Below the pieces are notes generated by a model that was given only the letters and a program-made list of their open reading frames with translations, was not told the origin of the DNA and made no database searches. The position numbers were made by a program, and so were the translations under genes. Positions 37,702-48,017 of a DNA stretch of 64,000 nt are shown here, one piece after another. Each line of letters begins with the position of its first letter. Positions within the stretch are counted from its first letter, which is position 1. The stretch comes from Sulfobacillus benefaciens (GTDB lineage: Bacteria; Bacillota; Sulfobacillia; Sulfobacillales; Sulfobacillaceae): NCBI GenBank assembly GCA_003023695.1, contig PXYW01000002.1, positions 89,619 through 153,618 on the forward strand, read 5' to 3'.

Positions 37702-38502
37702 CTATTTAGTGTCGTGCAACACTTGTTCTTGGCTCGGCCACACGGGTGTCCGTTTCGACAAGAATGCAGAAATGCCTTCTTTGGCATCCGGGTGAGTGCT
37801 TTGCAAGGTGATCACTTCCGTAGCATAGTCCAAGGCTTCATCATCCGTCATCTGCCATTGTTTTTGCAGCATCCGTTTGCCGATGGTCAACGTTTCATGG
37901 CTGTACTGTGCAATCGTGTGGGCTAGTTCCAAGGTTTTCGCCTCCAAGATTGCCTCGGGCACCGCATAATTAATGAGGCCATAAAGTTCTGCATCGCGAG
38001 CGGACATAAATGCACCGGTAAAAAGCATCTCCGCGGCCTTTTTTCGGCCAAGGTTACGAGAAACATGCACCGCTGGGGTACTGCAAAAAAGACCGATTTT
38101 AACTCCGGGTGTCGCAAACCGGGCAGTATCTGCCGCCACAGCCAAGTCACAGGCCGCCACCAACTGACATCCTGCAGCTGTAGCAATGCCCGACACCTCA
38201 GCAATCACCACTTGAGAAGATTCCCGAATGGCACGCATGGTAGCTCCGCAAGTTTGAAATAAATGATGCACCTGGTGTGGTTCTCCCTGCAAAACTTCGT
38301 TTAGGTCGTGGCCAGAACTGAACACGGGTCCTTCTGCTTTGATAATTACCACATTGATGTCCGAGAAACCAGAAAGTATGCGAATATGCTGCTCGAGCTC
38401 TGCCAACAGTGCTTCCGACAATGCATTGCGCCGTTTTGGGTTATTTAATGTAATATAGGCAATGCGTTCCGAGTCATGATGCTCTACCACTGCTAAAGCC
38501 AT
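37702..38502 (-). CDS. enoyl-CoA hydratase/isomerase family protein
   Basis: ITLNNPKRRNALS and the crotonase fold pattern (GPVFSSGHDL, AAGCQL). Confidence 0.88.
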   Translation of the reverse strand: MALAVVEHHDSERIAYITLNNPKRRNALSEALLAELEQHIRILSGFSDINVVIIKAEGPVFSSGHDLNEVLQGEPHQVHHLFQTCGATMRAIRESSQVVIAEVSGIATAAGCQLVAACDLAVAADTARFATPGVKIGLFCSTPAVHVSRNLGRKKAAEMLFTGAFMSARDAELYGLINYAVPEAILEAKTLELAHTIAQYSHETLTIGKRMLQKQWQMTDDEALDYATEVITLQSTHPDAKEGISAFLSKRTPVWPSQEQVLHDTK

Positions 38503-38745
38503 ACCAACACCCCCTGGATTTGTGTTGCTCTCATGATACCACCTCTACAGTCCGAATTCTCAAGCCTTCCCCGTTTTGCCGGCTTGCCGGAACGCCTGAC
38601 TTATGGCAAGATTACAGCGAGCGATAAAATACCCGGCGAATCCTCACGAATAGGATCCATACTGTTCGTGCAATAAGCAGGATCCCACGATAACAATTTT
38701 TGTCCCCGCTTACGGACAAATCTACTGGTTAAAGGAGACCATACA

Positions 38746-39756
38746 TTGAAGGCAGTGATCTTGCGTGAGCTTGGCGGCCCAGAAAAACTTTTGTATGAAA
38801 ATCTCCCCGACCCCGAACCCGGGCCCGACGAAGTCGTGGTAAAACTTAAGGTCGCGGCACTCAATCGCCGTGACGCTTATGCCCGTCAAGGTTTGTACCC
38901 TGGCGTACGTCTGCCTGCAATCCCCGGATCCGATGGCGCCGGAACTATCGAAGCGGTTGGATCCGACGTGAAGGATCTCAAATTGGGCGAGTCCGTAGTG
39001 ATTAACCCTGCCTTAAATTGGGGCCCCAATCCAAGATTCTATGGCCCGCAATTTAACATCCTGGGAATTCCTTCCGATGGAACCTATGCCCAGTTTGTCA
39101 AGGTCCCTGCGGCCAATGTGTATATCAAACCCCATCACTTGACTTGGGACGAAGCCGCAGCCCTTCCATTGGCAGGACTTACCGCTTACCGTGCTCTGTT
39201 CACCAGAGGCGAACTCCAAGCAGGGGAAACCGTCATCATTCCGGGAATTGGTGGAGGTGTGGCCACCACATTGCTGCAAATGGCGGTGGCTGCCCAGGCA
39301 CGCGTCTTTGTCACCTCAAGCTCGGACGAAAAACTGGCCAGAGCTAAACAATTAGGAGCTGCCGGAGGCGTCAATTACCGTGATCCGCAGTGGGTCAAAG
39401 AACTCCGCTCATTGTCTGGCGGTGCCGACATTTCCATTGACAGCATCGGTGGGTCGGTCTTTAACGATCTCATTGCCTTGGCCAATCCTGGTTCCCGTAT
39501 TGTAGGATTTGGTGCAACCGCTGGACCGGTGAATAACCTTGTAATGCCGCGGCTTTTCTTTAAACAATTGGATGTTCGCGGCAGCACAATGGGTAGTCCT
39601 ATCGACTTTGAAGAGATGCTTCAGTTTTGTACAGTTCATCAAATACGTCCGATCATTGATCAGCATTTCTCCCTGGAAGAGGCAGGCGTTGCTCAGGCAG
39701 CGATGGAAGAGGGAGTCCAATTCGGAAAAATTGTGCTGGACATACCAAATTCTTAG
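38746..39756 (+). CDS. zinc-type alcohol dehydrogenase / quinone oxidoreductase (MDR family)
   Basis: MKAVILRELGGPEKL..., a GxGxxG-like GIGGGVAT, and C-terminal GKIVL. TTG start preceded by AAAGGAG. Confidence 0.85.
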   Translation: MKAVILRELGGPEKLLYENLPDPEPGPDEVVVKLKVAALNRRDAYARQGLYPGVRLPAIPGSDGAGTIEAVGSDVKDLKLGESVVINPALNWGPNPRFYGPQFNILGIPSDGTYAQFVKVPAANVYIKPHHLTWDEAAALPLAGLTAYRALFTRGELQAGETVIIPGIGGGVATTLLQMAVAAQARVFVTSSSDEKLARAKQLGAAGGVNYRDPQWVKELRSLSGGADISIDSIGGSVFNDLIALANPGSRIVGFGATAGPVNNLVMPRLFFKQLDVRGSTMGSPIDFEEMLQFCTVHQIRPIIDQHFSLEEAGVAQAAMEEGVQFGKIVLDIPNS

Positions 39757-39906
39757 CCGAAAAATATAGCGCGTGAGGATTTAACTCCGAGACTTTTCGT
39801 GTGAAACGGTATCATTCCAGGCAGGCATAACGAGGCCTCTACTCATTATACTAACGCGCCAATCGCACCCGTAACGTTCCTCAATTTAGCTGCGACGACC
39901 CTAATT

Positions 39907-40959
39907 TTAGACATGAGGCGGATGTCCGTGTGCCGAGACCACGGATTCCACAAGTCGATTCAACACGACCCGGTTGATATCGGGATGGTCCGAGAAGCTA
40001 CCCCTGAGAGCCCCGGCCACGAACCGATTGCCCCATGCGTCCCATCCTGCCGCTTGCAGGATGGGACCTACATCCTCCGGATCAGATGTGGGATACCAGT
40101 GCAGAACGCCAAGCATGAGCAACAAGTTGGGAAGACTGTGGTCGCTGGGATATCCTGCAAATTCCGTGTCAATCACCCGACGCCATGCGTCCCACGAGCT
40201 CCCCGGATAGGTCGTCTGTAAGAGCGTATGGAGGTCCGCGATCCCAGGCCACTGGGGATCGATTCGCGTCGTTGCGTGGAGAATTCCCCGGATTGCATCC
40301 TGGGGCGTCCAGTCCCGCGGCAACCCGCTAACCGCGTGCGCCACCACCGCTGCTGCCCAAATCCCCCATCCCCCGTATGCTGTCCGGGCATCGCCCGCCG
40401 CCGCCATCGCCGCCTGCTCAGGCACTCGGTAAATGGCGCCCCAAATCGGTGCCCGCCGCATAGCCCCAGACCCCTCACGGTAAGGATGCCAGCGCCCCAA
40501 CCACGGCTCGTGGTTCCTATACCATCGGAGAATACGCTGCTCGGCTGGAGTATCCTGCACCTGGTTGGGATGTTCATCCCAGTGTTGCACGACATCCTCG
40601 GGATTCGGGAATCTTCGTCCGAGTGCGAGGTTCAGGCGCCAATGAGCAATACGATCCCGTTGTCCGTTCTCAGCCTGCGCGGCTCCGATTCCCCGGAGGG
40701 CCCCGCCGCAGAGTCGTGCCACCCAGGGAACGAAGGAATCTCGGTCAACAAAATGAGCCACCAACGGAGCGCCAATGCGCACCTTTTCTGGGCTGGGATA
40801 TTTAAACGGCTCACGTAGCGGAAGTGTATCACGGCGTTGGAGCCACTCCTCGATTTGGGACGGAAGGGCCGCCTCGACAGATGGAACCAACGCAGGCCAG
40901 TCGATGCCCTCTGCCCACAGTTGGCAAAGGGCATCATCAGCCCAACGATCGCGGGTCAT
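39907..40959 (-). CDS. hypothetical Trp-rich protein with weak ADP-ribosylglycohydrolase-like motifs; locally high GC
   Basis: About 20 Trp in 350 aa. N-terminal DDALCQLWAEG and C-terminal GWDAWGNRFVAGALRG loosely resemble the ARH-family GDALG...EG and GGDTD...AGAL.G motifs. The ATG at 40959 has GGTGAGGAG directly after the acuC stop. Confidence 0.55.
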   Translation of the reverse strand: MTRDRWADDALCQLWAEGIDWPALVPSVEAALPSQIEEWLQRRDTLPLREPFKYPSPEKVRIGAPLVAHFVDRDSFVPWVARLCGGALRGIGAAQAENGQRDRIAHWRLNLALGRRFPNPEDVVQHWDEHPNQVQDTPAEQRILRWYRNHEPWLGRWHPYREGSGAMRRAPIWGAIYRVPEQAAMAAAGDARTAYGGWGIWAAAVVAHAVSGLPRDWTPQDAIRGILHATTRIDPQWPGIADLHTLLQTTYPGSSWDAWRRVIDTEFAGYPSDHSLPNLLLMLGVLHWYPTSDPEDVGPILQAAGWDAWGNRFVAGALRGSFSDHPDINRVVLNRLVESVVSAHGHPPHV

Positions 40960-40974
40960 AACAAGTCTCCTCAC

Positions 40975-42138
40975 CTAAAACAGATTGCAATAAGTCGCCA
41001 CCGCAGCAGCTTTTAATCGCCGTACCGTATTACGGTTTTGCTGCTGAATTTCCAGCGCCCGAGGAATTGCCGGAATATCCTTGGGTTGGTCGATAAGAAA
41101 CTGAGGCAGCGGACTTGACGATAACGATTGCCAGCGTTGAATCCACTCTGTGGGCGTCTTTGTCAATTCGTCGACGGGTGTCCCTGTCATTGCCATCCAT
41201 AACAATGTCCAAGCTCTTGGCACCACCCGTGCCAATTCGTAACCCCCACCCCCTATCGCAAGCCATCGTCCATTGCAATACGTGTGTGACCATTGATGTG
41301 CACGTTCCGCCACCGTGTGATAGAATCTCGTCGTCGCCGATAGGTCTGTCAAAGGATCCCAAGCATGGCCATCACATCCATGCTGCGTCACTAAGATATC
41401 TGGCAAAAAGCGTTCCAAAACCTGAGGCAGTACAGCCTCTAGGCACTCCTGCCACGAATTGTCGTCGGTAAAGGGTTCCAGAGGCACGTTTAACGCATAC
41501 CCATAGCCCCTACCCGTTCCTAACTCGCTGATGTCCCCTGTGCCAGGAAAGAGATAGCGGCCGGTTTCGTGAAACGAAATGGTCAACACTTCGGGATCGT
41601 CGTAAAACGCTGCTTGCACCCCATCGCCATGATGTGCGTCAATGTCAAAATAGAGAACCCGCCACCCCATTGCCTCGCGCAAATATCGGATAGCCACCAC
41701 AATATCATTATAGATGCAAAAACCAGAGGCAGCGCCATACATCGCATGATGCAATCCCCCTGCAAGATTTAATGCATGTTGAGTTCTTCCTTGGGCAATT
41801 TCCTCGGCCGCCACGAGACTGCCCCCCACTGCCAAACTGGCCGCCTCATGCATCCCAGGGAACACCGGATCATCATCGGTGCCCAGGCCAAATCCTGTGG
41901 CGTCCCAGGACGCTGCCCCAGTCTCACTCATCCGACGAACTGCTTCGATGTAGGACGTGTCGTGCGCCGTTGCCAACTCCGCCATCGTAGCTCGTCGTGG
42001 TGACCGCATCACTTTAGGAAGGCCCATGGAGTCTATCAAATCCATCGTGAGTTTAAGCCTTAAGGGGTTAAATGGATGTCCTTCTCCAAAATTGTATGCT
42101 AAATATTCATCACTATAAATCATTTCCGCGTGTTCCAT
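40975..42138 (-). CDS. acuC: acetoin utilisation protein AcuC / class I HDAC-family deacetylase
   Basis: YNFGEGHPFNP, GGLHHA, DIDAHHGDG, FHETGRYLFPGTG. ATG at 42138 with GAGG upstream. Confidence 0.9.
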   Translation of the reverse strand: MEHAEMIYSDEYLAYNFGEGHPFNPLRLKLTMDLIDSMGLPKVMRSPRRATMAELATAHDTSYIEAVRRMSETGAASWDATGFGLGTDDDPVFPGMHEAASLAVGGSLVAAEEIAQGRTQHALNLAGGLHHAMYGAASGFCIYNDIVVAIRYLREAMGWRVLYFDIDAHHGDGVQAAFYDDPEVLTISFHETGRYLFPGTGDISELGTGRGYGYALNVPLEPFTDDNSWQECLEAVLPQVLERFLPDILVTQHGCDGHAWDPLTDLSATTRFYHTVAERAHQWSHTYCNGRWLAIGGGGYELARVVPRAWTLLWMAMTGTPVDELTKTPTEWIQRWQSLSSSPLPQFLIDQPKDIPAIPRALEIQQQNRNTVRRLKAAAVATYCNLF

Positions 42139-42267
42139 AAATCCGGCCTCTTTTCTGGTTGGTAAGTTCCATTGTAACAAACCCAAAGCAATTTCGTGAT
42201 TCTGCTGTCATTGCCATGACTGTTGTGTCAAAATGAGGCCATCAAAATTGTTGTGGGAGGCCCCAAT

Positions 42268-44610
42268 ATGGCCAGAATCATCTTGCGTGACGGTCGCATC
42301 GCCGAGCTGCGTCCACCAGAAGATACCGAGTGGGATCGAGAGCATCTTAGGCGTCTCTTTCGAGAGTCTTCTCCCGACAGTTTATACTTTCGCTTCTTTC
42401 ACATGGTTTCAGAAATTAGTCCTAAGGAACTGGAGCAAATGATGGCCATTGGTCGTGACGACAGCTACGCCTTGATCGCGGTCGCCCAAGACCGCATATT
42501 AGCTATTGGCGGGTATGCTGCATCCGGTCCCCAGACAGCAGAGGTCGCCTTTTTCGTCGATGATAAAATGCAAGGTCGGGGTCTAGGTACGCTGTTGTTG
42601 GAACAATTGGCACATCAGGCATGGCTGCGCGGCATCCGCCAATTTGAAGCGTTCGTCTTAGGCGAAAACCAACGAATGATCACGGTTTTTCGCTCGAGCG
42701 GTTTTGAAATTCACCAAGAATGGGCCGATGGAGTGCTGCGGTTAGTTCTCCCGCTCGGCGAAACCGAACGAGTTCGGGCATTGCAGGATACTCGAGACAA
42801 ATTAGCGACCGCAGCCTCCCTGCACACATTTTTCGAGCCTCGCACGGTCGCCGTAATTGGCGCTTCACGTGACCCCCATCGTCTCGGCCACTTGGTTTTT
42901 CGCCACATTTTAGATGATGGATTTCAAGGCACTGTGTATCCGGTCAATCCCAGTGCCCATTCCGTAGCCTCGGTACGCGCCTATCCTTCTGTGGCTGAAA
43001 TTCCCGAACCCTTAGATTTAGCTGTTGTGGTAGTCCCCGCAGATGGTGTCATGGAAGTGGTCCAACAATGCATCGCGGCAGGGGCCAAAGGCGTGGTTGT
43101 CACATCGTCTGGATTTTCCGAAACCCAGGATCCAGAGCGCATAACCCTAGAACACAAAATGACACAAGCCTTGCGGGAGGCAGGAATCCGACTTTTGGGA
43201 CCCAATTGCCTAGGTCTGTTAAATACCCAGGAAACCGTCCAATTAAATGCCTCATTTGCCCCGCAATTGCCTCCTAAAGGTCCGGTAGCCATTGCCAGTC
43301 ATTCAGGAGCACTCGGTATCGCAATTTTAGATTATGCCGGGCGCCTCGGAGTGGGGGTCTCAAGCTTCGCAAGCATGGGCAACAAAGCTGACGTTTCCGG
43401 CAATGACCTATTGCAATATTGGGAAGATGATCCAGCCACATCAATGGTGGTGCTCTATCTAGAATCTTTCGGCAATCCACGAAAGTTTAGCCGCATTGCC
43501 CGGCGTGTGACACAGCATAAGCCTGTTTTGGTGGTAAAAAGTGCACGGTCTCCCGAAGGGGACGTTCCTGTCGACGCGCTCTTTCGGCAAACTGGGATAA
43601 TTCGCGCCAATACCCTAGAAGAATTGTTTGACGTGGTCGCCTTGTTGAGCCAGCAACCTCTCCCCCCGGGTCGCCGTGTCGCAGTAGTCACCAATGCCTC
43701 GGCGGCTGCCGTGATTACCGTCGATGCTTTAGAAGCTGCCGGGCTGTTAGTGGCCGGTGAACCTATCAACTTAGGATTTGACGCCTTGGCAGATGGATAC
43801 CGGACGGCTTTGCCGCCACTTTTGCGAGATCCATCGGTGGATGCCGTTATCGTGCTATTCATTCCGGTTGGCGTGTCTGATGAAACTGCGGTTTCCAGCG
43901 CCATTGCTGAGGTGATTGCCGAATATCGCCGGGAAGTACCGGACGATCATGCGAAGCCGGTGGTAGCCAACTTTTTGATGACTGACGACACCATTTTTCG
44001 CTATATCAATGCGGGATCCTCAAAAATCCCTGTGTATCGGTTTCCCGAATCTGCCGTTCGCGCGCTGGCACAAGCTGCCAGATATGCGGAATATCGTCGA
44101 CAACCCCAAGGACGCATCATCGATCTAAGCGCTATTAACCCTAGTGAGGCTCGCGCCATTGCCGTCGCGGCAATGACCCAGGAACATCTAGACGAGGCCG
44201 CAGTGGGTGCGCAAATCTTGCTCGCGATGGGAATTTCTTGTGGTATCGGCCAGCACCTGGAGGATCCAACAATCCATATTAAGGTAAACCTGGATCCATT
44301 GTTTGGTCCCCTCATGTCTCTACACCGGGAAGACCCTCAGCCATCTCCACATACGGACTCCACTTCTGCTCACATCTTGCGGATTATTCCTTTGACCGAT
44401 TTGGATGCGTTAATGATGGCGAACCGGATAGTCCCGGATGATCTCCAACCCGGACTGCAAAATACCCTGCTGCGCTTGTCGCGGTTAATTGAAGAAGTTC
44501 CTGAAATTGCTCGTTTCGACTTGGACATAGCCACCATGCCAAATCGATCGTGGACCTGTACGCGAATCGGTTTGACCTTGTCCCCAGCGCACGGAATGTT
44601 AATTATTTAG
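42268..44610 (+). CDS. Pat-like protein acetyltransferase: N-terminal GNAT fused to NDP-forming acyl-CoA synthetase-like domains
   Basis: GNAT motif A (VDDKMQGRGLGTLLL). CoA-binding region (VAVIGASRDPHRLGH...YPVNP). Ligase-CoA domains (LGPNCLG, IASHSGALG, VVTNASAAAV). The C-terminal ATP-grasp part is short and divergent. Confidence 0.8.
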   Translation: MARIILRDGRIAELRPPEDTEWDREHLRRLFRESSPDSLYFRFFHMVSEISPKELEQMMAIGRDDSYALIAVAQDRILAIGGYAASGPQTAEVAFFVDDKMQGRGLGTLLLEQLAHQAWLRGIRQFEAFVLGENQRMITVFRSSGFEIHQEWADGVLRLVLPLGETERVRALQDTRDKLATAASLHTFFEPRTVAVIGASRDPHRLGHLVFRHILDDGFQGTVYPVNPSAHSVASVRAYPSVAEIPEPLDLAVVVVPADGVMEVVQQCIAAGAKGVVVTSSGFSETQDPERITLEHKMTQALREAGIRLLGPNCLGLLNTQETVQLNASFAPQLPPKGPVAIASHSGALGIAILDYAGRLGVGVSSFASMGNKADVSGNDLLQYWEDDPATSMVVLYLESFGNPRKFSRIARRVTQHKPVLVVKSARSPEGDVPVDALFRQTGIIRANTLEELFDVVALLSQQPLPPGRRVAVVTNASAAAVITVDALEAAGLLVAGEPINLGFDALADGYRTALPPLLRDPSVDAVIVLFIPVGVSDETAVSSAIAEVIAEYRREVPDDHAKPVVANFLMTDDTIFRYINAGSSKIPVYRFPESAVRALAQAARYAEYRRQPQGRIIDLSAINPSEARAIAVAAMTQEHLDEAAVGAQILLAMGISCGIGQHLEDPTIHIKVNLDPLFGPLMSLHREDPQPSPHTDSTSAHILRIIPLTDLDALMMANRIVPDDLQPGLQNTLLRLSRLIEEVPEIARFDLDIATMPNRSWTCTRIGLTLSPAHGMLII

Positions 44611-44670
44611 CCATAATAACGGGAATTATTGCGATTATCATATAATCAGCATAAAGGGAGGCGATGAACA

Positions 44671-46557
44671 TTGGCACAACACGAAGAAATAGAAAAATTT
44701 TTGGACAACACCATACAATATGCTGCGCCGGAGGCCTTACGGTCGCAGGGTATTCCACCGTGGGAGAAGGCATATGAAGAGGCATTAGATGGAAATCGTT
44801 ATTGGGACCAGATTGCCCAGTCCCGTACCTGGCTACAACCGTACACCCGGGTTACCGAAGGACAATGGCCACAAGTCCGATGGTTCTTAGATGGTGTCAC
44901 CAATATTACTTTAGATTGTTTAGACCGCCATATTAACGAGGGTCGCGGAGATCTGACGGCTTACATAGCGTTAACTGAACAAGGTTTAGAGCGACAACTC
45001 ACTTACCGGGAATTAATGGACGAAGTGGACCGAATTGCCCGAGGATTATCGGCGTTAGGCATCTCGCGGGGTGACCGCGTCATTATTTACATGCCGCTCG
45101 TGTGGCAAGGCATCGTGGCGATGCTGGCCGCTGCCCGGATTGGGGCTATTCATAGCGTGGTCTATGCAGGTTTGGGATCGTCGGCGTTGAAGAACCGCAT
45201 TGAGCAAGCAGAAGCCAAAGCCGTATTGACCGCGGATGTCACCTACCGCCGCGGCAAGGCCATTTCACTCTTGCCTATTGTCGAATCGGCCCTAAAAGAT
45301 GTCCCTGAGGTTGCTCATACCGTGATTTTGCGTCGCCAACCAGAGACCATACTACCCCCTTTTGCATTAGACTGGGACCAATGGTTTTCGCAAGACCATC
45401 CCCACGTTCCGGTAGCCCCTATGCAATCAGAAGATCCGTTGTTCATTTTATTCACTTCGGGAACTACTGGCAGCCCCAAAGGTGCCATGTTTGTCCACGG
45501 CGGCTATTCCGTCGGTGTCCCCCAATTGCTGCAACAAGCCATTGCCTACCAGCCCGGAGACATCTTCTGGTGCATGTCTGATATCGGCTGGATTGTGGGC
45601 CATTCTCTCATTGTGTATGGTCCCCTTATTTCTGGCATGACAACGGTCATACGCGAGGGCGCTCCCGACTATCCCCAACCTGATGCGGTATGGGATACTA
45701 TTGAACAGTACCACATCAGCAAAGTTTATACCGCCCCCACAGCCGTCCGCATGCTTCGCAAATTTGGTGAGGATTACGCCGCAAAACATCGTCTGGATTC
45801 TTTAAAATTAGTAGCCTGCGCGGGAGAGCCGCTAAACCCAGAAGCTTGGCGGTGGCTCCATGATGATGTCGGCCATGGCCGTTTTGCCGTAGTCGACAAT
45901 TGGTGGCAAACTGAAACCGCTGGTCCTACCATTGGCACCTGGCCCACCATGGCCGCTAAGCCCGGTAAAGCGGGCAAGCCATTTCCTGGAGTCGGTGCCC
46001 GCATCGTGGATGAAAAAGGGCAGGACAGGCCTTTGAATCAAGGAGGGGCGTTAATTTTAACAAGACCATTGCCTCAAATGTTTCGCGACGTGTGGGGAAA
46101 CCACGCCCGTTATGAGGAATATTTCAAGACGGTCCCAGGATCCTATTTATCGGGTGATGTCGCGGTATTAGACGCCGATGGGTATTTTGAAATGCTGGGT
46201 AGGGCAGATGATGTGCTCAATGTGGCGGGGCATCGCATTGGCACCGCGGACGTGGAATCAGCGTTGGTATCCCATCCAGCAGTGGCTGAGGCCGCTGCGG
46301 TAGGAGTGCCCGATCCCCTAAAAGGCGAGGCCATAATTGCCTATGTGTTGCTTCGCCCATCTTACCAGCCTGATCCCGAAATGGAAACAATCCTCATTTA
46401 CCATGTTCGGCAAGAATTAGGGCCCATTGCCACCCCCTCCGCCATACGATTCGCTGATAAACTTCCGAAAACCCGGAGCGGAAAGATCATGCGGCGCGTC
46501 GTAAAAGCCTGGGAGCTCGGGCAAGACCCAGGAGATCTCACGACTTTGGATGATTAG
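44671..46557 (+). CDS. acsA: acetyl-CoA synthetase (AMP-forming)
   Basis: FTSGTTGSPKG, WWQTETG, and C-terminal PKTRSGKIMRR containing the regulatory Lys. TTG start with AGGGAGG upstream. Confidence 0.92.
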   Translation: MAQHEEIEKFLDNTIQYAAPEALRSQGIPPWEKAYEEALDGNRYWDQIAQSRTWLQPYTRVTEGQWPQVRWFLDGVTNITLDCLDRHINEGRGDLTAYIALTEQGLERQLTYRELMDEVDRIARGLSALGISRGDRVIIYMPLVWQGIVAMLAAARIGAIHSVVYAGLGSSALKNRIEQAEAKAVLTADVTYRRGKAISLLPIVESALKDVPEVAHTVILRRQPETILPPFALDWDQWFSQDHPHVPVAPMQSEDPLFILFTSGTTGSPKGAMFVHGGYSVGVPQLLQQAIAYQPGDIFWCMSDIGWIVGHSLIVYGPLISGMTTVIREGAPDYPQPDAVWDTIEQYHISKVYTAPTAVRMLRKFGEDYAAKHRLDSLKLVACAGEPLNPEAWRWLHDDVGHGRFAVVDNWWQTETAGPTIGTWPTMAAKPGKAGKPFPGVGARIVDEKGQDRPLNQGGALILTRPLPQMFRDVWGNHARYEEYFKTVPGSYLSGDVAVLDADGYFEMLGRADDVLNVAGHRIGTADVESALVSHPAVAEAAAVGVPDPLKGEAIIAYVLLRPSYQPDPEMETILIYHVRQELGPIATPSAIRFADKLPKTRSGKIMRRVVKAWELGQDPGDLTTLDD

Positions 46558-46622
46558 GCTGTGGTTCCGCAATGGATTACGAGCGCCCCGATAAAGCGGG
46601 CGCTCGTACCAGAACTGTGGAC

Positions 46623-48017
46623 CTAGGCAATCGGTTCTAATTCTGATGCTTGAGGAGCGTCTTCTTGAGCACTGCGCTCCAAAGCCAGTTTCTTGGTTTC
46701 GGGAATGGCCACCAGTGTTAGAATCGCCGCGATCGCCGCTATAGATGCTAAAAATCCTATGGCAAATGATTCTCCCATGCCCTTGAAAATCGCAGGAAAC
46801 ACAAATGCTGTTAACGACGCTCCTAGCCTCCCCGAAGCCACTGTAAGAGATTGAACCACACTGCGTACTTTGGTGGGAGCCAGTTCCACTCCTAATATCC
46901 CTGATGCCGAAACCGAACCCGGCCCAGCCTGTTGCAGCATGTTCTCCATCCCGTAGAGCAACAAGCCTACCAGAGGCACCGCTGCAGCCTCAACCCGATA
47001 TAGACTAAACGCTAGCAAAGACGCCGCCATGCCCATAAACCCAAGAATTTGCAACGGTTTCCGACCCCATCGATCGATGAGTAACATGGCCACAACACCG
47101 CCAGGCACTACAAAACAGAATTCCATCACCAATTGAAAGGTTCCTGAAGACAACCCAATGCCTTTAGCGATTAGTGATGGACCAAACAAAATTCCAGAAT
47201 AGGCTACGATATCAAACAAAAACCATAGCAATGCCGCGGCCGTAAATCGCTTCCACTGATGAGCAAAATAATACGAAAGAGTATGGGTATCTTTAAGATT
47301 TCCGTCAATGCGGGCCGTCCTATGCGAACCGACCACTTCGGCAACCACTTTTTCGACTTCTCGGTCATTTCCCGCAATCCGTGCCAAAAATCGTGCCGTC
47401 TCAGGCATTTTTCGACGCAAGTAGATCACCGATGCGGCAGGCAGGGATCCTGCGGCCAGCACAATGCGCCAAATCAAATTGGGCGGTACATGAAATGCCA
47501 TCAAGATTAAGTACAGAACCGCAGCAAAGGTTGCTCCCAGGCCCCAGGTGATCCCAAACCCTAGTGCCACACTTTTGCCTCTATCAGCGGCATTGGAATG
47601 CTCTCCCATGATCAATGGGGACAATACGTAATCCGCTCCCACCCCGATTCCTAAGATAAAGCGGACCACGATGAGTTCAGGAATATTGCCAACAAAGGCT
47701 TGCGCCAACGCCGCGACCGCCATAATGGCAACATCTAACCCATAAAATGCCTTGCGACCCCGGTTTGCTAAAAAGCCAAAGACAATCGCGCCTACAGCCG
47801 CACCCACCAATGCTGAGCCCGCTAAAAGCGAGCTTTCGATACTGGTTAGACTTTTCACCCCAAATGAAGCCAAAGCTAATGTCAGCACTATGCCAATGGA
47901 CGACAAGTCATAGCCATCGGTTAACACTCCCATTCCGGTGGTGAATATGGACTTGCCATGAAACCATCCGAATTTGGCTTGATCCAGAGGATCGAATAGG
48001 CTTTTCGCCCTGCTCAT
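46623..48017 (-). CDS. MFS transporter (sugar-porter/PHS-like)
   Basis: LTDGYDLSSIGIVL in the first helix and about 12 TM segments. ATG at 48017 preceded by AAGGAG. Confidence 0.8.
   Translation of the reverse strand: MSRAKSLFDPLDQAKFGWFHGKSIFTTGMGVLTDGYDLSSIGIVLTLALASFGVKSLTSIESSLLAGSALVGAAVGAIVFGFLANRGRKAFYGLDVAIMAVAALAQAFVGNIPELIVVRFILGIGVGADYVLSPLIMGEHSNAADRGKSVALGFGITWGLGATFAAVLYLILMAFHVPPNLIWRIVLAAGSLPAASVIYLRRKMPETARFLARIAGNDREVEKVVAEVVGSHRTARIDGNLKDTHTLSYYFAHQWKRFTAAALLWFLFDIVAYSGILFGPSLIAKGIGLSSGTFQLVMEFCFVVPGGVVAMLLIDRWGRKPLQILGFMGMAASLLAFSLYRVEAAAVPLVGLLLYGMENMLQQAGPGSVSASGILGVELAPTKVRSVVQSLTVASGRLGASLTAFVFPAIFKGMGESFAIGFLASIAAIAAILTLVAIPETKKLALERSAQEDAPQASELEPIA

Noticed and set aside
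40173-40937. Several long ORFs on both strands (40173..40595 -, 40228..40818 +, 40632..40937 -, 40623..40805 +) overlapping the 39907..40959 gene
   Set aside because: They are typical shadow ORFs of a locally GC-rich coding region. They have no RBS, no recognisable motifs and overlap each other. Only the 355-aa frame is coupled to acuC.
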